A DNA stretch of 64,000 nucleotides from Parasitella parasitica NRRL 2501 (Eukaryota; Fungi; Mucoromycota), in contig MU619389.1 in NCBI GenBank assembly GCA_025201805.1, forward strand, positions 9,487 to 73,486, in the 5' to 3' direction. How positions within the stretch are numbered: position 1 is the first letter of the stretch; each line of letters opens with the position of its first letter. This document shows, piece after piece, positions 37,825 through 48,936 of this stretch. The translations under genes and the position numbers were made by a program. Below the pieces are notes generated by a model. It ran no database searches, was not told the origin of the DNA, and worked only from the letters and a program-made list of their open reading frames with translations.

Positions 37825-40363
37825 CTGTAATCATTTTTAAATTCTGTCGTAATTAAATTTTAGAAAGATGGAATATTCTCCCCATCTAAGGAGCTAAAGT
37901 AAATGGCGGCTCCCATCTTTAGAGCGTGCAAAAGAATTTTTCTTCTTGTTATACAGCAGAAATTCCTTACAGTATTCAAATAACAGACAATGCTTTAAAT
38001 CATAGTGTTCAGTTTGGTTACATTCTTTACTGTATATATACAGTATTTTCGGTTACATTTGAGAAGATTATAAACAAAAGATAACTTTTGGAGAATTATA
38101 TTTTATTTTTGGAAAGCCTTCAGAAAATATGAAGCTAATTTTTGTTAGTAAATTTGCCGTCAACCTCAATCCTAACCTCTATTTGACTTTCTATTTCACA
38201 TGTTTAGCATTAAAATTACAAAAAAAGGAACTCTTGAACTGACATTAAGCATTCTTATAAGCAAAAGTCGTAATGGGGCTTCTCTGTCACTAGCAATTGG
38301 CAACTTGTACAAATAACAAGGAATTATTACAGTAAAGCATTGTCTTCATTAATTATTCTCTTCTGCTTCCAACTCGATGAGCCGCACCTGCTTTACCGTA
38401 TTACTATAAAGAAAGGTATACTTGTGCCATCAAACTCACTTACTTTATAGAGCTGTGTTATGTATTAGAATTGATATTGACGTGATATCATCTCCAGATA
38501 GATATTTTTTTACAGCTTAAAAGCAAGAACTTCAGCTTCATGTGCCTTTTTTTGATCGATTTCATAATCAAAAGTGCCCTGGAATCGCCAGAAATAGTAT
38601 CCATTGGGAAAAAACTATATTATATATGATTTTGGTGCAATTTGAGCGTGATTTTTTTTTCGATGCAAAATCATGGATTTTTTCGATTTTTTCCTTGTAT
38701 CCACACATCCAAAATCATCAATTATGCATTATTCTCAATTTTGACCCCAAAAATGCAACTTTTTACTATGGCATATATTGGAGGAAAATGATCGTTAAAG
38801 ACCACTCCTTGATCTGAAAGACTGGAAATGCTCTCTGATTAAGCAGAATTTTGACTTTTCCCTCATAATCTGTTATGAGGTTTTCTCGATATAATTTCTT
38901 CCTTAAGCATACGAGAATTACGAAATAATACCATCGTGTAGAGCATCCAAAAACACAGCTATCATCATAGACTGACAGCCGGGGTATGCATAGTATCAGG
39001 GGATGATACCTTGCCTTAAAGAAGTAATTTTGTTTTCTAATTGTACAAATGGAGTTTCTGAAAGAATTTTTCCTTTCTGATTTTGGTCGCGTTTAATCTC
39101 CGCTATCCAAGAAAGATGGTGCTTTTTTTTTTTGAAGAAAGCATTAGCTTCAAGAAGCCAAAGCTTGCCCAATTCAAGAGAAAAACAGCTGCAAACTAGT
39201 TTATTTAAATTTTATGCTTCTTTGCTTTCTAATGGTGGAGCTTGCATGTCTGTAACTAGCTTGACGATCTCACGCTCCGATTTTGAAGAATACTTTTCCG
39301 AAAAAAGTCAGAAAAGTCGTTACCTTCATCTGATTTCAACTCAAAGAGCACAAAAGCTTGCTCAAAGTTATGCAAATATGTAATGAAAAGGTGTATTATA
39401 GTCTAATGTATTAATTTGAATTACTCGATTTTGTGTCTGAAATTGCCAAACATTGTTTTCTCACAGTTTTTGTCTTTTTTCTGACAATTACACACTGAAA
39501 TTGGCGTAGACCCAAAAAAAAAAAAAAAAGAAAGCAGAAAAAAATCAGGCGCCTAAAATCTACGCAGGCATTGCAAATACAAACACATTTGGACCATTCC
39601 AATATTATGGAAAAGATGGCAAAGGGTTGATTAGCTGCTTTATTGTGCAACTGGATATACAGAATTCAACTTGGTACTTGTCTGACAAGAACTTCTACAA
39701 TAGAAGACGCCAGATCAACTGAAGGTATAAGAAAGTGCTAAAGAAAAGGAAACAATCTGCCACCAGGATAACACACCCATCTATAAAAAATTATCTGTAT
39801 AGAAATTTATAAAATCCGAAGGGCACAAACGAGTTTATCTTCAACCTTGCTCTCCGTTCCTGAATCCAGTTAGAGGTTTTTTAATCCCAGAATCACAGAT
39901 GGTTGTCAATAGGCAGCCTTAACCTTTTTTGAAGACTACCTTGAGCTTAAAGATATGAGGTAGATAGCTCATCTCACAACACATTCTTTATATTTTCACT
40001 AGAATAAAACAAAGCAGTTATTCTTTTTCTTTACATATAGAAATCGCCACTTAACATCTTTTTTAGGGAGACTATATCTCTTCTCTCAAAAACTACTTAG
40101 CTTTTATCAGAAATAAAAGGTTTTTGTTGCCAGAAACCCTATTATATATTATCACAATCACCATGATTTTTATCATTTACTTGAACTTTTTTTTCATTTT
40201 TTTTTTCAGAAACTGCAAAATGACAAGTGTCGCGATAGTACTAAATCCGAAAAGTAAATACTACAGGTAAAGAAAATAGGTTGGGCCACTAAAAAAAAAA
40301 AATGGGCCAGCCAAAACAGCAATAAAGAGATAATAGGCGAGTTCGATACCAGGTATCGCTCTT

Positions 40364-41138
40364 TTTTCACTTTAGTTGGTATCATACTGAAATTTAAAAA
40401 TGTCAGACCCTCCCTCTCGGCTTTCAACTTTGCAATTACCTCATAGACTACGACCAGGCACAGATTTAATGTCGAAACAGATTTTGTTAGATCCTACTGT
40501 CACAAACATTATCATTGACACTGTCCTTGATCCCCAAAGAAAACACCCAGTACTTACCTTGGCCAACAGAGTGGCCAAACTACACCATCTCTGATAAATT
40601 GTATTTCCCGAGCTCCCCAATTCTACTAAACTTTGTAATATCATCAATGAAGTATGAAGTCTCAAAGAAAACCACGCGCAACAAAAAGGGGTTCTTTTTG
40701 TTGCACATGGTTTTTCTTGAGACTTCATACTTCATGGAAGAAATCACGAAAGTTAATAAAATTGGTGGAGTTTTGTTGTGTTGGTGAAAAGCTGAAATAG
40801 CACAAGTCATAAGCCTTAACACAAAGTCATTATCAACCGTGTGTTGAACTTCAACTAGTATAGGAGGAAAATTGACATCATTTGGGGAGCTTGGTAAATA
40901 CAACACATCAGAGATGGTGCGGTTTGGCCACTCTGTTGGCCAAGGTAAGTACTGGGTGTTTTCTTTGGGGATCAAGGACAGTGTCAATGATAATGTTTGT
41001 GACAGTAGGATCTAACAAAATCTGTTTCGACATTAAATCTGTGCCTGGTCGTAGTCTATGAGGTAATTGCAAAGTTGAAAGCCGAGAGGGAGGGTCTGAC
41101 ATTTTTAAATTTCAGTATGATACCAACTAAAGTGAAAA
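40364..41138. repeat. Fold-back inverted duplication of PD-(D/E)xK-like gene fragments (pseudogene pair)
   Basis: Arms 40364-40595 and 40907-41138 are 232 bp with 2 mismatches seen. Inner arms are imperfect and centred at about 40690. Encodes TEWP...SDVLY...PPILVEVQHTVD..F..RL. Confidence 0.93.
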
Positions 41139-41938
41139 GCATACCAGTATCAAGATACCACATTAGAGGGCACTACGGATTCAACTGAGATTGTCTTGGT
41201 ATCATCTTTGGTGATCTTTCCTTTTCCCAAAAAAAATAAGAGTTTTTTCAGCAGCTAGAAAGATATGAAGAAGAAAGGGAAAAGCATAGTGCTTTATTTT
41301 CATTACTTAAATATTATGAAAATAAAGCGTGGCTCAGAGAGCATTTATCACATTGGAGGCCGGAACGGAGGCAATATCTTGCATGCAAAAAATCTTTCAA
41401 TCACTATTTATGTATCACTACTTATGCAAAACCTGAACTTATCAGGATGACTTGGAGCATGATTTCTGATTATTTCGACTAATTTTATCATTGTAGAAAC
41501 CAATGTTTCTTGAAAGTTGCCAAGTTTTTGGCTGGCATCTTTGTATTGCTTGCAAAGACAACGCATAATCTACAAAGTGTCAGAAGTTGTTTGATGTCGT
41601 GCAGCGCTCTTGAACTGCCAAGGGTGCTATGAAGCTAACAGCCATTGGAATCAGTTATAGCAAATGTAAACGCTTAGTATAAAGCAATCAAAGGAAAAAT
41701 TGAGGTCTATAAATATGTTACTTGTGTTGGTTTACCAGATTATGTGCAACGAAATCCGAAGCAACCTTATATGTATGATAGCTTTACATGTCAAATTTTG
41801 CACTGATCATCGCTGCCATTCTCACGCGTAGTCGTGAGTAATGGACTTTTGATAATGGTGTGGTCTATTAGGTTATTTCTTTTTCCGATGTGAATAAATG
41901 TCTTGGATTTCGTTTTTCTTTCGCGAGACAAGAGAAAA

Positions 41939-43021
41939 ATGTCAAAGCAAGGTTTGATTTGGAGAAAAAAGACTCGATTGTCGTGGTGGTATATTGACGC
42001 TTTAGGCATGTAGATTTGAAATTTGTATTTCATAAATTGGCAAACAATGAGAATCCAAGCACAAAGACAATACCTTCGAATGTAAGAAGAGCCTGTGTTG
42101 CGGCCATTATTCGCTGGAGACCCTACAATAAGCAAATGAATTCATCAGCAGCAGCAGCAGCAGCACAAACAGAATTAGCAACAACGCCTATGGAATTTTT
42201 GAATCAACCATGGGTCAATGATACCCAGGGTGAAGCCGAACTTTTATTCATCCAGCGTGCATTGCATCCGGGAGATTTGTAGGTGGTTTTGACATGTTTT
42301 TCACATGTAATATACATGTATATATATGGTGCCGCCGCTAACGTATAGTTTTAGTTGGTCTGGACACGTAGCATTTCCAGGTGGCAAGAATGAAGCCGTC
42401 GATCAATCCAATCTAGATACAGTTGTTCGTGAATGCAAAGAGGAAATTGGTATTGACCTAAGCTCGCCAGAATTTATACCGTTGGGTACACTGGAACATC
42501 GAGAAATCAAAAACATAAGGAAGAACAAGCTGATGATGATTTTGATTCCTCATGGTAAGCTTGAATACTGGCTACAACAATTATGTCAGCTGACGGTGAT
42601 AGCTTGATCGAAAACAGTGTTTTTACAGGTATCGCCCATCACACCACCTCTGACTATCCAAGCTTCTGAAGTCGCTGAAATTCATTGTAAATGTCCATGA
42701 CACACAATAACTCTCTGGACACTTTACTAAAAACGGCATTGCATAATGTATATATATATAGGGATACCTGTCAAATACCTATTAAAAGAACCCATCATGG
42801 CATATAATCCAATGGGAGATGTTGTGGTTGCCCCCGAAATGCATATTCCATGGCCAGGATCTGCCAGAGTCCCCGCTATACCATTTTTCGTTGCAAAAAG
42901 GAGCGAAATACCTTACTTGTGGGGAATGACCTTGCGGATGACTCAAGAAATCCTAGGCATGACCCTTTCTCGCACCTTGATGAACGATGAAGATGATGAA
43001 ACGTATGAATCCAAGCTTTGA
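41939..43021 (+). CDS. Nudix hydrolase (CoA-pyrophosphatase-like)
   Basis: Multi-exon. RRACVAAII, LLFIQRA.HPGD.WSGHVAFPGGK...VVRECKEEIGIDL, SEVAEIHW and LWGMTL. Confidence 0.88.
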
Positions 43022-43231
43022 TATGAAAACTCTAAAAAAAAAAAAACCAGATACGTACAGCTAATTGTAATGATTTTGCGGTATACAACAAGAGAAAATT
43101 AATAAAGTTTGAGTGAATTTAATATAATGCACGAAAACAACCAAGACTATAAGATATTAGATAATACAAGTTTAATGCGGTTATTATTGGTGTAAATGAG
43201 GGGGGATTATAGAAGTAGGGACAAGGCGCAA

Positions 43232-44480
43232 TTAATGTTGTTTAATTTCTTGTTGTAAAAAGACACCAAAGCGAGGGGTGACAGGTGAAGGAGGGTCTGA
43301 ACAAGTAGGCGATGTAGATGTAGATGGTAACGGTGAAGGTCCACTGCTGGTGGCATTCGTGATAATATACATGTGCTCATTGTTGACAGCACGCAGAGGA
43401 ACATGATTATAACTATTGGTCGAGTCTTCCTCTTCGTCAGTCAAAGCGAAAGCATCATTTTCGTCGTGCTCTACGTCTTTCATCAGCATCGCTTCTGTGT
43501 CGTCCGATTCAGCCATGCTCAGAGTATCCATAAATCTTTCCATTTCGATCGAGCGAACAAAGTTGGCAAACGAATTCTTGACAGGCACTTTTGAACCAAT
43601 GTAGTCTAGGCGAGTCAGACAACCAGGACGGATTGCAGGAAGATACTGACGGAAACAAAAGAATGCGACTGTGGCATAGATGGAACCACCGACTAAATCG
43701 ATCAGATAATGATGAGTGAGGTACATGGTAGCAAACCACATCCACATGATATGGAATACACAATAAACCTTTGCTTTAGGACATAGCCAGGCCAGAAACA
43801 GCATTTCGATAGTAGCGCAGCCAGAGTGGAGTGACGGAAAGGCGCCAAACACAAGCGGAGAGTTACCAAATGTTGTGCTGTAAAGATTCAGTCCCAAGAT
43901 ATCATCGATTCTAGCTAGACCACCAGGCTGACCGTGCACAGAGTAATCAGCAGGAGCTGAGCCGTAGGATAGCTCATACCACGGAGGAGATGTTGGGAAT
44001 ATAAGTTGAGTCAACACACCGGCCAAGTTCATGTAGCCAAATGCCTGGCCAAATACAGCCAATGTGCCTGGAGGGCCAAAGATAAACAGTGCCAAGGAGA
44101 AGGCGAATGGAAAGGCGAAATGGATGATGCCGTAGGGCAACCAAGCAAAGATGTCTAGTACTGGGCTTGTGTGCTGAGAGATAATTTCAGACAAGTTGGC
44201 ACCATAAATGATGCGTTCAAGAGTAGGCAAAATGTTTACGAAAATATGTTGAGGTTTGATTGTAATGGGAATAAATTGGACAGCGTAAAATGTAATTAGC
44301 CAGGTGAAAACCACCATGGCTGGCACTGTGAATCTTCTAATGTAAGGTATGAATGGCGATGACACTAACAGACACAGCAGTAAAAGTCGAGCCCAGAGAG
44401 GGGGGAACTGTATATATACCATGTCGAAAATAAGTAGTGCTGCAAATACTGGATATTGTGCCCAACTCCATTGAAACGAA
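43232..44480 (-). CDS. AUR1: Inositol phosphorylceramide synthase; 5' exon(s) lost at the gap
   Basis: LPTLERIIYGANLS, LDIFAWLPYGIIHF, PPWY, GGLARID, FGAFPSLHSG and ATMYLTHHYLIDL. Confidence 0.93.
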
Positions 44481-44496
44481 CTACACATTGAATTTA

Positions 44497-44506
44497 NNNN
44501 NNNNNN

Positions 44507-44575
<69 letters not shown>
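44497..44575. other. Small assembly gap plus adjacent poly-A run
   Basis: 10 n followed by about 69 A. Confidence 0.95.
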
Positions 44576-44579
<4 letters not shown>

Positions 44580-45082
44580 TTTCCACGTTTTAAAAAAAAA
44601 GCAAAAAAAAAAAGAAAAAAGAATTAATACATATTTATAAATGTAGAATCTTCTTTTGGATTACATATAAAACATTAATATAAAACCACCTGTCAAGAAA
44701 CCTAAAAAAAACTTGCAGAATCATTTGCCATGTTTTAATAGGGTCTTTGTTTTGCCGGGATATAATATTAACTCATCATCCATGGCAACAAAGGCCTGAC
44801 ATACCAGCTATATTTTGACTTGATTTGATCCAACGTCTCTGGTGTCCTCGATGCATGTTATCGATGATATCGTATGTTCGGCATCTACAAAAGGAGCATT
44901 GATCTGATTTAGTAAAGATATTGCTGTCAGTTTAGCCTTTCTTGTCTGGCCGTAGTGCCGAGAAAACCAAAAGCGAGTTTTACCGAGAAATGCTTGGTCA
45001 TTAAAAAATTTAAATGTGAGTCTCTTTTTTTTATTTATGACAAGGTGATTATATACAAATTCTAACAATATATTTATATAAA

Positions 45083-46959
45083 TCAAGGAATATGGGTCGC
45101 GCCTTTGGCTTGACGCTTTTGTTGAAGAATCTTCTTTTGACGATTTTCTTCGTTTTTAAATGCTGATTTTGTGGATTTCTTTTCCTCTCGTCGATTCTAT
45201 TTTTACATACATGAATTTTCTATTTTCTACTAAAATCTTTCAAAGCCTTACCTTTTTGGCATCTTTAATTGCCTGTTTTCGTGCCTTCTTTTCTTCTTTT
45301 GTCTCGGATTTTACTCTGGGTGTGCCCATATTCACGCCAGCCTCTTCCTCGTCATCTTCTTCGTCATCTTCCTCATCATCATCACTCTCTTCTTCTTGGT
45401 CTTTGACACTAGTTTGTTTTTTGCGTTCAACTTGTACCAAAACAGGCATACCGGTCTTGGGATCAATGCGAATTTTTTTTGCAGGGCCCTTGTCATTGAT
45501 AAGAGAAGGATGGTTTTCTAGATTGGAATAGGTGGAAATGACACTTTGCACATCCCAGGTTTCTCTTTGCTTTTGCAGCGGTCGTTCCAGATTAGGCTGC
45601 AATGCAGGTTGAGCTAGTTTTAGTTTCGATAAACGTTCTTTCTCTTTGGCTTCTTGCGCCGCAACGTTAGGCTTGATTAAGCCCTGACGGATGCTGTCTA
45701 ATTTAGCAGCTGAAGTCTCGCCTTCCATCTTGGGTTGCATCTTTTTACCAACAATTTCATACTTTTCCAGAAATTCATCGAGAATAGCATCGAAATCAGC
45801 GCGCTCTTCCGCTTCTTCATTGCTGTTGTACTCACTTTCATCGTCATCATCTGCGTATTCTTCCTCAATCTTTTCAAATCGATCGTCCAACAAACGAAGT
45901 TGTGTGTTACGGTGCATGGCTGAAGATGAAACCGAGAATCCAGTCTGCTTGGTTTGATGATCGTCAGAGTCATCATCAGAGCCTGCTGCTTTGCGATTTT
46001 GACCTAGCTTGAACCTACATGGCAACGACAATAATCAGCCTATACCATTCATCAGTCAAAAGACAAGAGACAAGACGTACTTGTTAAATGCTGTCTGCCA
46101 ATCATAGTTCTCTGCGTCAACCTCCTCTCCCTCCTCGACTTCATGTTCTTCAAACTCTTCATACTCTTCTTCAGAATCAAAATATTCGTCATCTTCAGCT
46201 GGATCATAGGCTTCGCCGTCAGCATTAAGAGCATCGAAAAAGTCGTCATCCAATCCATCTTCAATGTATTCTTCATCGGATAAGGCCTCAAGAACCTCAC
46301 GCAATCGAGGATCCATGTCAGGCTGAAGACCACTTTCGCGGCCTGTACCTTGGTTCATGACACCTACACTCATTTCAATGCTCGAGGGCAAAACGTTGGC
46401 AGGTAACTGGATTAAATTGGGGTTCTTTTGATCTCTATGCACATCAGCATCGTTGTCTTTGAACATGCTGTCGTTAAAGGTCTTGGGCTTTTCCTTCTTG
46501 CCAGGCGCTTCCAAAAACACGGCATCAGTTGCACCAATAGGTTTCAGATGCTGGGTGTAGTCGTATTCTCCATCATCGAAAAAGATGCCATACTGCGCTG
46601 CTTGGCCAATGTGTCTATCAAAGAAATCAGCTTGCTTTTTTTTTTTTTTTTTTTGCCCTAAAAGCCCCCACCCACTTGTTAACAAACTTACTGGTCAATC
46701 TCGTCCTGAGTCATTTTTTGAGGCTTGCTATTCACTCTTTCGATCTCTGCTTGTGATTTATGCTAAATTGGTCTGGTTCAATGACAGACATTTTGAAAGA
46801 CTCATTTTACAGCTATACCTTTATTTGATTCATGGGCAAGACTTCCTGGAGCACACGGTCAGGAGCCTCTGAATCATTAATCAAAGGATCCTTCTGGGAA
46901 CGATGAACTACATGGAAATGCTTTGCGGATTTCTTGTCGATGAAAGGTTTTTTACCCAT
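45083..46959 (-). CDS. LTV1: 40S ribosome biogenesis factor Ltv1
   Basis: MGKKPFIDKKSAKHFHVVHRSQKDPL, GQAAQYGIFFDD.EYDYTQHLKPIG, QPDMDPRLREVLEAL and WDVQSVISTYSNLENHP. Confidence 0.92.
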
Positions 46960-47202
46960 TTTTGTTGCAAATATAAAGAAAAAAAGAAGAGAAAAAAGAG
47001 AGGATATCCGGTACTGCAGAAGAACACTCGTAGTGGCTTGTTGGATTATACCCAAACAAGCTTGATTGGATACTAAATGTGTTGATCATGAAGCCTTTTA
47101 TTTGGTAAGCCGAACAAATTAAAAAGGCCATCTCGTCCCCTTTCTGTGTGCACATTTATTTCTTACTTTTCTATACTCTTCCTCGTCTTTTGCAAGTAAA
47201 AA

Positions 47203-47376
47203 ATGTCTGCTGTGTCTGCCGCTCCCGTTCTACCTGACCATGTCAAGAAACCCAATGAAGAAGAGTTCAAGAACAAGCTGGCTGAGGTAAATGCCAATAT
47301 CGAAAAGATCCAAAAGCAATTTGTAAGTTTCGTGCTGGATGTCCAAAAAAAAAATTGCGTGTGTGTGTTGGGGGGT

Positions 47377-47471
<95 letters not shown>

Positions 47472-48936
47472 GAGGGCAGTTCACGACTGACTCGCTGAAA
47501 ATAGGATGTTATTAGAGACAAAATTGCCAAGTTGCCCCAAAAGAACGACAACACTCGTCGTGAGGAAATCAAGGCCGAGCTGAATGACATTCGAGATAAG
47601 CAAGCTTCTCTAAAAAAGACTCGCCGGGCTGTCTACGATCAGTTGGATGCGATCAATGACTCCATCAGCAAAAAGGTAAGTAATGTACAGTGAGGTCTGC
47701 AGAAAAAAGTGGTTGACGTGTTGTCTGCTGTTAGGTTGGCTCCATTAAGGGCTTCCAAACCAAGATCCCTTTCAGGACCACTGAGGAGGTGGATGCTCGC
47801 ATCGCGTACGTTGTTTGTCGCTATCGATGCAGATCATGTTTGTACTAACACGCGTGTTTTTAGTGAACTCGAAAGCAAAATTGAAGCTGGCGTCAGAATT
47901 GTAGAGGAAAAAAAGGTACAGATTTTGCTGAACAGTTTCCATGGGAACATCTAAATAATAGCGTTGTACACAGATGTTGCAGGAGATTTCTCTATTGAAG
48001 CGCAACCGTCTTTCAGTCGAAGGTGTGGACGACCAGCAAGCAGCTATCAACAAGGAAAGAGAGATTTATAGCGAGCTTAAAAAAAACATTGACGATTCTG
48101 AGGCCAAGAAACTGAGCGATCGCTATGAGGAGCTTGACGCAGAGTTCAAGCTGCTTCATGGTGAACAATCCAAGCAGCGAGAAGCTCGCAACGAGCTCTA
48201 CGACGAACGCACCCGTCTCAAGACATCATTGGATGAAGAGTACTCCAAGATGCGTACCATGCGTGATGAACACCGCAAGAACAACGACGAATACTACACT
48301 TTTGTTCGTAAATTGAGAGAGTATAAGAAAGAGCAAGAGCAGCTCCGTAAAGAGCAGGAAGAAAACGAGAAGCGTCAAGAAGCAGCCAAGCAAGAGCTGG
48401 AGCTGGCTGCTTTGCCCGCTTTCGAGAGCGAACTTGCTCTTTGCGATAACCTCGCCATCTTTTTGGAAAGCTTCCTTTCTGGTAGCTCTACCGATAAGAA
48501 GGGATCGGAGCAGCAATCTGCTGTCAATGCTGCTGCCGATGCCTTTGAGGGCATGGTAATCAAGAAGCGTGATGACGAGGATTTCTTTGTCGGTAAAAGC
48601 AAAAAGAAGCAACCAAAGCAAAGAGATCCCAAGGAAAAGAAGACGGACGCTCTCAAGTTACCTCTTGCGACCATGGAAGCGTTTTTTGAGATCAAAGTCA
48701 CTGTACCCACCAAGGTTTCTGAAATCCCTGCTACTCTTACCAAGCTTAAAGAGCGCAAGGAATACTATATTGCTGAACAGCCCAAGGTTACTGAAATGAA
48801 TAAGAAGAAAGCCGAGGAGAAGATTCGAGCCATGGAAAAGGAAGAGGAGGAGCAAAAGAAGGCTGAAGCCGAAGAAGCTTCCAAGGCTAAATCTGCTGAA
48901 GCTACTACTGCTGCTGCTGATGATGATAACGAATAA
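47203..48936 (+). CDS. Bfr1-like coiled-coil protein (nuclear segregation/mRNP protein)
   Basis: Multi-exon. KKPNEEEFK..L, IPFRT.EEVD.RI.ELE, EEKK.LQEIS.L, PAFESEL.LCDNL and KLKERKEYY. Confidence 0.75.
47370..47469. repeat. About 100-nt poly-G tract in intron 1 (length probably an assembly artefact)
   Basis: Near-pure G run. Confidence 0.8.

Noticed and set aside
44507-44575. Poly-A as a retroposon tail
   Set aside because: It abuts an assembly gap in the AUR1 5' region and has no element body or TSD.
47230-47590. Poly-Gly and poly-Pro ORFs, possible G-quadruplex
   Set aside because: They come from a poly-G run inside a normal intron. The run length is probably a sequencing or assembly artefact.
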